Part shown: in pieces, positions 27,785-37,546 of the stretch | Layout of the letters: each line of letters begins with the position of its first letter | How positions within the stretch are numbered: the stretch's first letter is position 1 | Assembly: GCA_903884815.1 (NCBI GenBank) | Contig: CAISGE010000021.1 | Span: forward strand, 64,448-128,447 | DNA from: Candidatus Omnitrophota bacterium | GTDB taxonomy: Bacteria; Omnitrophota; Omnitrophia; Omnitrophales; Aquincolibacteriaceae | DNA: 64,000 bases | Direction: 5' to 3' | Made by a program: the position numbers and the translations under genes | The notes under the pieces: model-generated | The model's input: only the letters and a program-made list of their open reading frames with translations | The model's database searches: none | What the model was told of the DNA's origin: nothing

Positions 27785-27847
27785 AAAACCTTTCTTGGTT
27801 TTAAAAAATCCAGACGTTTCACAATGATTCTTGTTCCCCTCAAACGA

Positions 27848-29146
27848 TCAGGCCATGTCCGCGGGCTGGCCGGTGGAGGCAAGCACGGCTTCCCAGAGCC
27901 ATCCGTCCAAGTCGATCTTTTTGCGTTTCGAGGTCGCGAGCGTTATCGGAACATGCGTCGCTTCGCCTTTCCAGGAGCCGACCATCATATCGGTGCGGCC
28001 GGACATCCCGGCATGAACCGCCGCGTAACCCAATAGCAGGCAGAACGCAGAATCATGAGCAATGGCCGGCATACTCCGGATCGTATAGCTGGGATCGATA
28101 TATTTAACACTGGCCTCCATACCGGCCTTCTTGAAATAAGCTTTGATCTCGTTCCTCAGAAAAACACCGATGTCGTCATGAAGGACATTCCCGGAAAGGT
28201 CCTTTTTCGAGCCGCCTTCTTTCTTCAGAAGGTCCTGCCCCGCACCCTCGGCAACCACGATCACCGCATGGGCCTTTTCCTTGAGTCTCTTTTCCAGCGT
28301 CTGAAGGAATCCGGACAAAGTGAATGGAACTTCCGGAACCAGGCAGAAATTGACCTGGCTGTCGGCCAGCGTCGTGTACGCGGCAATAAAACCGGAGTCC
28401 CGGCCCATCAGCTTCACAAGACCGATCCCGTTGCGCGCGCCGGTCGCTTCGCTGTGCGCAGCGTAAGTAAAGCGCCGGGCTTCACTGACCGCCGTCTCGA
28501 GCCCAAAGGTTTTCTGAACGAATGAAATGTCGTTATCGATCGTTTTGGGAATGCCGATCACCGCGATCTTCAGCCCGCGGCGGTTGATCTCCTGAGAGAT
28601 ATCATGAGCCCCGCGTAGTGTTCCGTCCCCGCCCAGCGTGAACAAGATCCCGATCTTCAGGGACTCCAGCATGTCCACCATCTCGCCCGCATCTTGATTT
28701 CCGCGGGAAGACCCCAATATCGTTCCGCCCATCTCCGCGATCCGGCTAACACCCTTCGGCGTAAGCTCCATGGGAACATGCCCGAATTTTTTTACAAGTC
28801 CTTCGTAACCATACCGGAATCCGTAGACTTTTTTGACGCCGTATTCATCGTGAAGCCCCATCACCACGGCGCGCACCACATCATTGAGCCCGGGGCAAAG
28901 GCCGCCGCAGGTCACAATACCGCAGCAAAGCTCCTTAGGATCGAAAAATATTTTTTCCCGGGGACCGGCCAACTCCATGGCCGGTGGTTCCTGGTGAGCC
29001 TCCAGAGCCCGCTGAAGGTCTTTAAGTCTGCCACCATAAAGCAAGCGATCATCCTCTGGAATAAAATGCCGGTTTTTGATCGGCGAAGGAAAATGGCATT
29101 CGCCTAGCTTTGAAATCGTGAAATCGATAGGATTTTCATTCGCCAT
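27848..29146 (-). CDS. pfkA: ATP-dependent 6-phosphofructokinase
   Basis: GIVTCGGLCPGLNDV, GGTILGSSRG, GGDGTLRGA, PKTIDND, VKLMGRDSGFIA, KYIDPSY.IR. Confidence 0.93.
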   Translation of the reverse strand: MANENPIDFTISKLGECHFPSPIKNRHFIPEDDRLLYGGRLKDLQRALEAHQEPPAMELAGPREKIFFDPKELCCGIVTCGGLCPGLNDVVRAVVMGLHDEYGVKKVYGFRYGYEGLVKKFGHVPMELTPKGVSRIAEMGGTILGSSRGNQDAGEMVDMLESLKIGILFTLGGDGTLRGAHDISQEINRRGLKIAVIGIPKTIDNDISFVQKTFGLETAVSEARRFTYAAHSEATGARNGIGLVKLMGRDSGFIAAYTTLADSQVNFCLVPEVPFTLSGFLQTLEKRLKEKAHAVIVVAEGAGQDLLKKEGGSKKDLSGNVLHDDIGVFLRNEIKAYFKKAGMEASVKYIDPSYTIRSMPAIAHDSAFCLLLGYAAVHAGMSGRTDMMVGSWKGEATHVPITLATSKRKKIDLDGWLWEAVLASTGQPADMA

Positions 29147-30273
29147 TAGCTTTTCCGATCCACCATACCGATATCCAGCAGCGTGAAATCATCTTTAAAA
29201 CGGATGAGATTCGAAAAAAGAAGTAAGTGTTTTTCGATCTCTTTGAAATCCACATTCGCCTGGGGCCAGCCGCATTCCTGAAAGATACTGAGAAGCCGGT
29301 CAACCCCGAGCATCTTGCCTCTTGAATCCGCGATCTCATAAAGCGCGTCCGAAAAGAGCACGACGTGATCGCCCGGATTCATTTCCGTAGAAAAATCTCC
29401 GAACTCCGCCTGCTCGATGCAGCCCAAAGGCATTCCTTGAAGAGAAACCTTTTCATAAGTCGCCGTTGCGGCGCGGTAAATGACCGGTGCCGGTCCCCCG
29501 GCACTGACCATTCGCAGGGTCCCTTTTTTGAGATCAAGAAAGCCGCAGATGGCCGCCGCAAAAGTACCGCCCCCCTGGATCAACCGGGTCAGTCGCTTGT
29601 TCATGGACTGCATCAGCGCCAGAGGGTTCGCATCAAGACGGCGCCTCTCCTGCCACAGGGAATTGAGATACATCGTGTAAAGCGCCGAGGGAACCCCATG
29701 CCCGACAATGTCTGCCAGAATGAAGGCGTAGCGGTCCTTGCTCAATTTGCTGACGGAATAATAATCGCCCCCGATGACTTCACACGGCGCGTAGTGCGTG
29801 GTCACAATAAGGCGGGGGTCGTCCGAAGCTTCGTTAAGAAGGATCTGATCCTGGATCTGCTTGACCGTTTGGATGTCCCGGAGTTCCTGAGTAAGGTCGT
29901 GAAAGGTTTCGACGCCGCCGACTACTTCGCCCTGCTGATTATAGACGGGCGCAACGCTCACCCTCATCGGAACCCGCTTCCCGCTCTTGGAGTTCGCGAA
30001 CACCATCACGGGGACCGTACTCCCTTTGCCGGTCTGCATGGCTCGGTGAAGCGGACAAAACTCTTCCCCGCAAAGCTGGCGGCCGTCCTTATCGACATGG
30101 CACAGAAAATCATCGAAACAGCCTTTGCCCAGCGCATCTTCCCGGGTCCAGCCCGTGATCTTCTCAGCAGCTTTGTTCCAGTAAATGATCTTCCGGTCTT
30201 TCCCAGTCACGTAAAGACCTTCGCTGACGGAGTCTAAGATGTTCTGGGGATCCAACTTTTCACCTTCAAACAT
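29146..30273 (-). CDS. PAS domain + SpoIIE/PP2C protein phosphatase
   Basis: YWNKAAEKITGW PAS; IGGDYY, ADIVGHG, FSDAL.E, DDFTLL. Confidence 0.9.
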   Translation of the reverse strand: MFEGEKLDPQNILDSVSEGLYVTGKDRKIIYWNKAAEKITGWTREDALGKGCFDDFLCHVDKDGRQLCGEEFCPLHRAMQTGKGSTVPVMVFANSKSGKRVPMRVSVAPVYNQQGEVVGGVETFHDLTQELRDIQTVKQIQDQILLNEASDDPRLIVTTHYAPCEVIGGDYYSVSKLSKDRYAFILADIVGHGVPSALYTMYLNSLWQERRRLDANPLALMQSMNKRLTRLIQGGGTFAAAICGFLDLKKGTLRMVSAGGPAPVIYRAATATYEKVSLQGMPLGCIEQAEFGDFSTEMNPGDHVVLFSDALYEIADSRGKMLGVDRLLSIFQECGWPQANVDFKEIEKHLLLFSNLIRFKDDFTLLDIGMVDRKS

Positions 30274-30401
30274 GAACAAACTCCTCCAGGATTTTTATTC
30301 AGCAAAGTATAAACGCCGAGATCGAATCGTCCCTTAAAATCGCAGGTTCATGCAAAAACGCCGAAAATCGATGGAATGTCCCGAAGGATCTCTCCCCTCG
30401 C

Positions 30402-31259
30402 CTAATAGATCGCCGGTACGAATCTTTGTTTGTTCAGGGGCGGGCGCTTATACCCTTTGTCTTTTTGACGCTTCGGAATGGCAAGCTTCTTTTGGGTCAC
30501 ATCTTTGTAGGGGATCTGGGACAGGAGATGCGCCATGCAATTCAGCCGCGCGCATTTTTTGTCGTTCGCGTCCACGACATGCCAGGGAGATTCCTTGGTA
30601 TCCGTATGTTCAAACATCACGTCCTTGGCCTTGGAATAGTCCACCCAGCGCGCCCGGGCTTGCAGGTCCATCGGGCTGAGTTTCCAGCGCCGGGCCGGAT
30701 CTTTGAGCCTCTCCTGAAAACGCGCTTCCTGGACAGCGTCACTGACCGAAAACCAGTATTTGATGAGGATCGTTCCGGAACGGATCAGTTCTTTCTCAAA
30801 CTGGGGACACATATTTAAAAAATCCTGGTACTCGGCATCGGTACAAAAGCCCATCACACGCTCCACGCCCGCGCGATTGTACCAGCTGCGATCAAAAAGC
30901 ACCATTTCGCCCGCCGCCGGAAGATACGCGACATAACGCTGAAAATACCATTGCGTCTTTTCCCGCTCGGTGGGCGTCCCCAACGCCGCGATCCGGACAA
31001 TGCGCGGATTCGTGCGCATGGTCAGCCGTTTGATCACTCCGCCTTTGCCGGCCGCGTCACGCCCTTCAAAGAGCACCACCACCTTCAGGCCCTTGAACTT
31101 GACCCACTCTTCTAACTTGACCATCTCGGTTTGAAGCCGCTCAATCTCTTTGTTGTAGATCTTATTTTTAGCTTTCTTGTCCAAACCGGCGAGTTTTCCG
31201 AATTTTTTACTCAGAGCCTTTTTCATTTTTTCTTTGAGTTGCTTCTTTTTTCCGCCCAC
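30402..31259 (-). CDS. ppk2: Polyphosphate kinase 2
   Basis: FEGRDAAGKGG, QWYFQRY, FDRSWYNRAGVERVMGFC, WKLSPMD. Confidence 0.96.
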   Translation of the reverse strand: MGGKKKQLKEKMKKALSKKFGKLAGLDKKAKNKIYNKEIERLQTEMVKLEEWVKFKGLKVVVLFEGRDAAGKGGVIKRLTMRTNPRIVRIAALGTPTEREKTQWYFQRYVAYLPAAGEMVLFDRSWYNRAGVERVMGFCTDAEYQDFLNMCPQFEKELIRSGTILIKYWFSVSDAVQEARFQERLKDPARRWKLSPMDLQARARWVDYSKAKDVMFEHTDTKESPWHVVDANDKKCARLNCMAHLLSQIPYKDVTQKKLAIPKRQKDKGYKRPPLNKQRFVPAIY

Positions 31260-31295
31260 AAAAACCCCCTTCTTGCTAAAAAATCACGGGTTGGA

Positions 31296-31955
31296 TCAAG
31301 CCTGTTTTTTCGCTTGGGTCGTCAAACATAATCCGAGGTCGGCTTCAAAACCGGTCATGATCTGGCCCAGTCCCTGGCTCCACCCTTCGGTCAGCACCAC
31401 AGGAGAGATCTGCTTCATCGGAATCTCGGCGACGTAGATCTTCTGAGACAGGACCGTGTTAGCACCGGCGTGTCCTCCGCTCACGGTCATTTGAATCTTC
31501 ACAACCGCTTTGGGACTGCTTTCGCTGCGATAATCGCCGCTGAGCTCGATCACGCGGCCATCGACCGCATAATCCGCCGCGGTGACCATGGAAGGCGTCA
31601 CGACGACGGCAACAAGCGGCGAACCCTTGAGCCAGACCGCAACCTCGTCTTGTATCAGTTTCGCGGGAGCCGTGATCAGTTGATTGTAGAAATCCTGCTC
31701 GTAGGTCGTCTCTCCGGACCGGTAGGCCAAATAGCGGTCATTGAAGAAAGGAACCGCCGAAAAGGCATTCACACGAACGGAAACCGGCGCATTCGAAGCA
31801 GCGGCCTGATGAGGCGCATTCAACTCGAGGGAGTACGTCTTGATATCCGGAGCGGCCTTCTGCAGGCCCACGCTCACACATCCTGAAAACACCAGAATGC
31901 AAAGGATCAGACACTGGAACATTATGCTGTTCTTGATTCGCGTGAGATTTTTCAT
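31296..31955 (-). CDS. PqiC-like ABC transport auxiliary lipoprotein
   Basis: Lipobox FSGC; last gene of the mlaE-mlaF-mlaD set; Y.QDFYN....P..LI pattern. Confidence 0.82.
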   Translation of the reverse strand: MKNLTRIKNSIMFQCLILCILVFSGCVSVGLQKAAPDIKTYSLELNAPHQAAASNAPVSVRVNAFSAVPFFNDRYLAYRSGETTYEQDFYNQLITAPAKLIQDEVAVWLKGSPLVAVVVTPSMVTAADYAVDGRVIELSGDYRSESSPKAVVKIQMTVSGGHAGANTVLSQKIYVAEIPMKQISPVVLTEGWSQGLGQIMTGFEADLGLCLTTQAKKQA

Positions 31956-32722
31956 CGGTCATACCTCGATTTGGCAGGTGCATCACCGAAAATCATCTGG
32001 GAGGGATATTTCTTCCCCGTCGAAGTGATATCTTCGATGTTCTTCGCGATCACCGTCAGATGCGGCAACATTTCATTGAGCTTTGCGGTCAATTCCGGAA
32101 AATCGTTCGAAGCCTTCGTGAGGTTCGCCAGCATCGGATAAATATCCGTATCCATTTTATTCATCAATTTATCGAGAGATTCGCCTAACCGGGTTGCGAC
32201 TCCCGGGGCCGAGGGCAAATAGAGTCCCTCGGGCTGCCACAGGAGCTTCTGCGGAGGCGGTGTCTCTTTCGGATCATAAAAGCCCATTTCCACATACACA
32301 AGGCCGGTAATACCGATCGATTGCAACTTGGCACGCAAGGTTTGCTTTGCGACCATGTAATCGATGGTCTTCTGGATCTTGACCAGGTTCTCCCCCGCCA
32401 ATCTGGGGAAATACTTCCTGTCGAGTTCCAACCGGACGCAGACCTGCCCATATTCCGTTCCCAATTCGGCCAGAGTCTTCCCCCCGCCATAAAGATCTCT
32501 CACGAACAGGATGTCCTTCACCTTCCCGACCTTGACGCCGCTCATTTTGACCAAGGCCCCGACATCCAGTCCCTGGACCGAGCCGCTGAAATACGTCTCC
32601 ACAAGAATGGGAGGCGGTTGAAGTGCCGTGCCGGCCCCGAACATGATCAGTCCGACGCAGAGCAGCGCCAAAGAGACCAGGGTAAAGAGCCCGATCTTGA
32701 AGTACCGTGTTTTTTCACTCAT
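31952..32722 (-). CDS. mlaD: MCE/MlaD family protein
   Basis: YFKIGLF TM helix; YF.GSVQGLDVGA.VK..GVKVGKV; GITGLVYVE. Confidence 0.9.
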   Translation of the reverse strand: MSEKTRYFKIGLFTLVSLALLCVGLIMFGAGTALQPPPILVETYFSGSVQGLDVGALVKMSGVKVGKVKDILFVRDLYGGGKTLAELGTEYGQVCVRLELDRKYFPRLAGENLVKIQKTIDYMVAKQTLRAKLQSIGITGLVYVEMGFYDPKETPPPQKLLWQPEGLYLPSAPGVATRLGESLDKLMNKMDTDIYPMLANLTKASNDFPELTAKLNEMLPHLTVIAKNIEDITSTGKKYPSQMIFGDAPAKSRYDR

Positions 32723-32758
32723 TTTGATTCTCCTCGATTGGATGATGGCAACAAATAC

Positions 32759-33532
32759 TTAAAGCTCGTCTTTTGAAACTCGCCGGTTGAAAAAATTCCG
32801 AACGTTTTCATTCTCGCAGTGGTCCTTCAGGAATTTCGGATCCCCTTCCGCGATGATCTTCTTGGTCTTCTTGTCGAGCATGATGACGCGGTCCGCGATC
32901 GTATAAATACTGTCGAGTTCATGGGTCACCACCACAAAGGTGATGCCGAGACCGCGGGAAAGCTTAAGGATCAGCTGGTCCAGTTCCGCCGACGTAACAG
33001 GGTCGAGCCCCGCGGACGGTTCATCCAGAAAAAGGATCTTCGGGTCGAGGGCCATGGCTCGCGCGATCGCCGCGCGCTTCTGCATCCCGCCGGAAATCTC
33101 GGAGGGCATATGATTTTCAAAACCCTGGAGGCCCACCAGCATCAACTTGAGCGCCGCCACCGATCGGCGAGCGGTTTCCGCAAGATGAGTGAATTCCTCG
33201 AGAGGCAGCATGACATTTTGAAGAAGATTCATCGAGCCAAAAAGAGCGCCACTCTGATACATCACCCCAATGCGGTTCAACACTTCCAGCCGCCCTTTCC
33301 CTTCTGCCTTGACCATATCCTGCCCGCCGATCAGAATCTCCCCGCTCCATGGCTGATAGAGACCGATCATCTGCTTCAAGAGCGTGCTTTTTCCGCAACC
33401 AGACCCGCCGAGAATCACAAAGACTTCACCCTTTTTGACGTCAAAAGAGATCGCGTCAAAAGTCATGCTGTCGCCGTAACCGGCCGTCAGGTCCTTGACC
33501 TCAATGATCTTTTCGGTGGCGGCTTGTGCCAT
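32759..33532 (-). CDS. mlaF: MlaF-type ABC ATP-binding protein
   Basis: GGSGCGKST, Q.GALF.S, ISGGMQKRAAIARA.ALDP.ILFLDEP.AGLDP. Confidence 0.93.
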   Translation of the reverse strand: MAQAATEKIIEVKDLTAGYGDSMTFDAISFDVKKGEVFVILGGSGCGKSTLLKQMIGLYQPWSGEILIGGQDMVKAEGKGRLEVLNRIGVMYQSGALFGSMNLLQNVMLPLEEFTHLAETARRSVAALKLMLVGLQGFENHMPSEISGGMQKRAAIARAMALDPKILFLDEPSAGLDPVTSAELDQLILKLSRGLGITFVVVTHELDSIYTIADRVIMLDKKTKKIIAEGDPKFLKDHCENENVRNFFNRRVSKDEL

Positions 33533-33535
33533 GCT

Positions 33536-34687
33536 CTATATCCCCAGCGCGTAATAGATGGCCGAGATCACGCCATCCAAAATGATGATCATGACCATGC
33601 CGGTGACGACCGAAGAGGTGGTCGATTCCCCGACCGCAGAAGCGCCCGTCTTGGTCTGAAGCCCGCGCAGGCATCCGATCGCGCCGATCGCGATGGCGAA
33701 CGGAATGGACTTGAAAATGCCGCCGAGGACATCTCCCAGGTCAACCGTCGAGGTGATCTGATTGATATAAGTGGTCGCGGAATAACCAAAGGATTTGAAC
33801 ACGATCATGCCGCCGAGCATCCCAAAAAAATCGGAGAGGACCGTGAGAAGCGGCGCGAGGAACAAGATCCCCATCATCCGGCTGACCACGAGAAAACGAA
33901 CCGGCTCGAGTCCCATCGTTGTCAGCGCGTTGATCTCTTCATTGATCTTCATCGTCCCGATCTCCGCCGCGATCGCGGACCCGGTCCTTCCGGCAAGAAT
34001 GATCGCGGTGATGAGCGGGCCCAGTTCCCTTAAGACGGCGAAGGCAACCACGTTCGCGACAAAAACATCTGAGCCCATCTGCTTCAGCGGCAGAGCGGAC
34101 TGGAAAGCCATGATAACGCCGATCAGAAACCCGGCCATAATGATCAACGGTGCGGCGTTCGCGCCGCCCTTTTCAATAAAGATCCACACATCCTGCCAGC
34201 GGACGGACTTTGGATGAAAAGCGGCATAAAAAATTTGGCTGATCACCGAGCCGACAAAAACGATCTGCTCGTAAATCCCTTCCCCTGTCTTCACGACCGA
34301 GCGGCCAAGACTTTCGATAAAGGACACCTTCGCAGCGATCTTAGGGGCCCCCTGCGGCGAGGATCGGCGGGTGGCCAGGTCCAGAAGATTCTGATATTCC
34401 GGGCGTAGACCGTTCAGCTTAAAAACATTCTTGGAAGATTCTTGAAACTGCTTGAGGTCGCGAAGGAACGCGACACCCGTCATGTCGAGATACGTCAAAG
34501 CGGCCACGTCGAGTACAAGTTCGCGAGGTTTCTGGTCTTGTCGCAATGTTTCGATCTCTTGCCAAATAGCACCCGCTGTCTTTGCGGTAAAGCTTCCGGC
34601 AAGCCGAAGGCTCAGGGATCCTTCTTTTTTTTCAACGACCTCGAGCTTAAGCTCTGAAGTTTTGGAGGTGCTGCGGTCCTTTGACAA
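33536..34687 (-). CDS. mlaE: MlaE permease with N-terminal STAS domain
   Basis: AAGGAG RBS before TTG at 34687; LVLDVAALTYLDMTG STAS; LRELGPL.TAII.AGR.GSA.AAEIGTMK.NEEI.AL. Confidence 0.92.
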   Translation of the reverse strand: MSKDRSTSKTSELKLEVVEKKEGSLSLRLAGSFTAKTAGAIWQEIETLRQDQKPRELVLDVAALTYLDMTGVAFLRDLKQFQESSKNVFKLNGLRPEYQNLLDLATRRSSPQGAPKIAAKVSFIESLGRSVVKTGEGIYEQIVFVGSVISQIFYAAFHPKSVRWQDVWIFIEKGGANAAPLIIMAGFLIGVIMAFQSALPLKQMGSDVFVANVVAFAVLRELGPLITAIILAGRTGSAIAAEIGTMKINEEINALTTMGLEPVRFLVVSRMMGILFLAPLLTVLSDFFGMLGGMIVFKSFGYSATTYINQITSTVDLGDVLGGIFKSIPFAIAIGAIGCLRGLQTKTGASAVGESTTSSVVTGMVMIIILDGVISAIYYALGI

Positions 34688-34728
34688 AACCAGTGACTCC
34701 TTTAAGTTTAGAGAACCTAACAAAATCC

Positions 34729-34796
34729 GTAGCGCAGGGTTATCCTGATTTCCCGATTATTTTTATAAATGCTAATCAGGGTTAAACCTGCGCTAC
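34729..34796. repeat. GTAG-type REP doublet (REPIN-like)
   Basis: GTAGCGCAGGGTTATCCTGATT...AATCAGGGTTAAACCTGCGCTAC: two inverted copies, each with an internal CAGG/CCTG hairpin. Confidence 0.78.
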
Positions 34797-34851
34797 TCTT
34801 TATAAGGCTGATCAAACGAGCTAGAATGTTAATTCATCCCGAAGAAAAAGT

Positions 34852-36228
34852 CTACAAACGCCTGACGCTCAAAAGTGTCAGATCGTCCTGAAGCACGGCG
34901 TTACTTGAGAACTCCATGGCCTCGTGGTAAAGCGCATCCACAAACGCCTGGCCTTCGAGTTTGGCATGACGAACCACGGCTTGTCCCAAACGATCGACCC
35001 CGAACATCACGCCGTCCGCACGCTTTGCTTCGGTGATGCCGTCCGTATAAACAAGGAGCCGGTCCCCCCGTTGCAACGGAATGGATGCCGGATCCTGAAA
35101 ATTCAGCCCCGCCATCACCCCCAAAGGAACTCCGTGCGCCTTGATCTGTTCCACGGTCCCGGTCGCGGCACGCATTAGTAAGGCGGGACAATGCCCCGCC
35201 GACATGATCTTCACCTGCCCCTTCTCTTCATCGAGGAGCGCGCCGACAAAGGTGACAAGACGCGAGCCCTCCGTATCATGAGCCACGCGAGCGTTAAGCC
35301 GGTCCATAAAACCCGCAATGTCTCTGTTCTGCGGCAGATCCGCCCGGACATACGCGCGGCAAGACGCGATCAGAAGCGCCGGCCCGAGCCCGTGTCCCGT
35401 CGCATCTCCCAGCATCACAAAGCCTTCTTTGGAAGGAAGTTCGCACCAGTCATAGTAATCACCGCCGGTCTCCGTCGCGGGCTTGCACCAACCGATGACC
35501 TCAAACCCCTTGATCTTCAGTTCGTGCCTCGGGAAAAGGCTTTGCTGGATCTCGCGCGCGATCTTGAGCTCGCCCTGCAAAAGTTCCGTGCGCCGCTTCA
35601 GGTCCGCCGCTTCAAGCGCTGTGATCACGTGGACTTTTAACTCGCGGCTGATAAGAGCCGCCACAGCTCCGGCGAGTAAGAGGTAAAATGGATAACTGGC
35701 AAGAAAGGCTACCTTCGAGGAGTCCACACCGCCTGCTTTGAAAACCGCGTAAAGGATAACTCCCGAATGACCCAGCGCGGCAAGGCCTCCGGAGAGAAAA
35801 GCCAATTTTGGATCCAGTCGGAGAATGTTCGCGGAGATAAATATCCCATAAAGAAGTACGGCCGGGACAGCAATCGCATGAAAAGGATCGAGGGGCGACA
35901 ATGCCACGGCAATCAAAATGGCGATCGTCGGTATTAAGGATTCGAAAACTATCCCCAGAACCCATATCCAGGAGGGCAAAAGCCGCGCTTCACGATTAGC
36001 GCCCCGGACGATCGTTAAAGAACAGGCCGCATAAACCGCCATCACAAGAGCAAGAACAAGCCTCCAGAAAAATACATGCCCCCGCATGACTGCCCCGCCA
36101 GTCAGATTCCGCACGAAAATCATTACGGTCGTGGCCACAACGATCCCTAAAAGGATCAAGAGGCGTTTGACTTCACTCCTCTGGATCGCCAGCCGGAAAG
36201 CCCGGAGATCCTCAACGATAGGAGCCAT
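34852..36228 (-). CDS. Membrane-bound SpoIIE/PP2C protein phosphatase
   Basis: About six TM helices; EL.IAREIQQSL.P, GGDYYD, GDATGHG, YTDGITEA, DDLTLL. Confidence 0.9.
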   Translation of the reverse strand: MAPIVEDLRAFRLAIQRSEVKRLLILLGIVVATTVMIFVRNLTGGAVMRGHVFFWRLVLALVMAVYAACSLTIVRGANREARLLPSWIWVLGIVFESLIPTIAILIAVALSPLDPFHAIAVPAVLLYGIFISANILRLDPKLAFLSGGLAALGHSGVILYAVFKAGGVDSSKVAFLASYPFYLLLAGAVAALISRELKVHVITALEAADLKRRTELLQGELKIAREIQQSLFPRHELKIKGFEVIGWCKPATETGGDYYDWCELPSKEGFVMLGDATGHGLGPALLIASCRAYVRADLPQNRDIAGFMDRLNARVAHDTEGSRLVTFVGALLDEEKGQVKIMSAGHCPALLMRAATGTVEQIKAHGVPLGVMAGLNFQDPASIPLQRGDRLLVYTDGITEAKRADGVMFGVDRLGQAVVRHAKLEGQAFVDALYHEAMEFSSNAVLQDDLTLLSVRRL

Positions 36229-36266
36229 CTACTCACTCCCTTCCCTTGTTTTCCTGCACAGCATGG

Positions 36267-36977
36267 CTATGTTCGCCTCTCAGGATCCGGTGTGTCTTCA
36301 GAGTCCTTCATGGAACGCCTCAAACTTTCTGTGGAATGCAACGACACCAGCCGGGACATCAAAATGGCTACATAAAAAACACCACCCGCAGCTTCCAGTA
36401 TCGCCAACATCCGTGCCACTCCCGAAACGGGCATAATATCCCCATAACCTACCGTACAGAGCGTGGCAAAACTGAAATAAAGAGCCGTGAAGCCAACCAT
36501 GTAATTCTCCCCCACCGGTTTTCCCATGTAGGTGAAAGAACCCGGTACGATCTGATCTACCAAAGCATAGGCCAAAGCCCAGAGCAAGCCTAAGGTGAGG
36601 TAGGTTGCCACCCCGGCGCACAACACTTCAGAGTCGACGCGGGGTGATCTCGAAATAAAATGAAGAAGCCGGAAGGCCGTATAGCCAATCAGACAGATCC
36701 CGATTGTCTGGTAAAAAGCAGGATTCATAAGATCCGGTTTGAAATAGTGTATCCATTTCCCCGCGACCACCAGCGAAACCAGGAGAGCGAAAGAAATCAG
36801 GGTTTTGCGCCCTGCCCCAATGGCAAGCAACGCGGACAAGAATACCAGCGTGATAAGCATCGCTTCGAGAGGGCTCCCGCATCGGGACAATTCGAGGAAC
36901 GGCGAAACCACGATCATCAGGAGCATCGCGAAAAGATAATAAAAGACGGAAAAAAAACGGTTTTTCTTCTGCATCAA
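36267..36977 (-). CDS. Potassium channel family protein (Ion_trans_2)
   Basis: LYFSFATLCTVGYGDIMP selectivity filter; multiple TM helices. Confidence 0.9.
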   Translation of the reverse strand: MMQKKNRFFSVFYYLFAMLLMIVVSPFLELSRCGSPLEAMLITLVFLSALLAIGAGRKTLISFALLVSLVVAGKWIHYFKPDLMNPAFYQTIGICLIGYTAFRLLHFISRSPRVDSEVLCAGVATYLTLGLLWALAYALVDQIVPGSFTYMGKPVGENYMVGFTALYFSFATLCTVGYGDIMPVSGVARMLAILEAAGGVFYVAILMSRLVSLHSTESLRRSMKDSEDTPDPERRT

Positions 36978-37399
36978 ACTTTTTCCTCTACGGCCTTAGG
37001 CGCGCGGACGAAATAGACGTCGAAAGTCTGCTGGACCAGCGGTTGGGTATATGTCCCCGCCAGCTGTTCACTATCCGGATAATAGCGCAATTTGTATGTC
37101 GCACCGGGATAATTTTTATCGTTGAGTTCAACGAACACAGTAAGGATGTCGCCTTCTTTTCGCCATTCGGTGCGCGACACATGGATCGGATTCGGATTGA
37201 AATAAGCAACATCGAGATTCCCGCCGGCCTGCACGCTGCGAACGTCAATGGCATAGCCCCCGTCCGGCCGCACCCATCGCCCGATTAGTCGCTGCTCATC
37301 GACTTTTCCCAGGGACTGCGGCTTATCAGCGGCGAACCCCAAAATGGAGAAACCGGCAAAGGCTAGAAGAACAAGCGCTATAATTTTTTTAAGTTTCAC
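36974..37399 (-). CDS. Conserved-looking hypothetical exported protein
   Basis: AAAGGA RBS, GTG start, signal peptide; L.GRW.RPDGGY...YFNPNPIHV...VEL.D.NYPG.TY.L. Confidence 0.78.
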   Translation of the reverse strand: MKLKKIIALVLLAFAGFSILGFAADKPQSLGKVDEQRLIGRWVRPDGGYAIDVRSVQAGGNLDVAYFNPNPIHVSRTEWRKEGDILTVFVELNDKNYPGATYKLRYYPDSEQLAGTYTQPLVQQTFDVYFVRAPKAVEEKV

Positions 37400-37439
37400 G
37401 ACGATCCTTTCTTTGAGTTTCTAAAGGTGCCTGCCAACA

Positions 37440-37503
37440 TGTCATTCCCGAATGCTTTAATCGGAAATCCACACCCTGGATCCCCGCCTTCGCGGGGATG
37501 ACA
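37440..37503. repeat. Palindromic element TGTCATTCCCG...TCC...GGATCCCCGCCTTCGCGGGGATGACA
   Basis: Nested inverted repeats with GTCAT/ATGAC termini, same class as 4322-4399. Confidence 0.78.
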
Positions 37504-37546
37504 AAGCGCATTACATTAGAATCTTGAAATCATATACGAAAACGGC

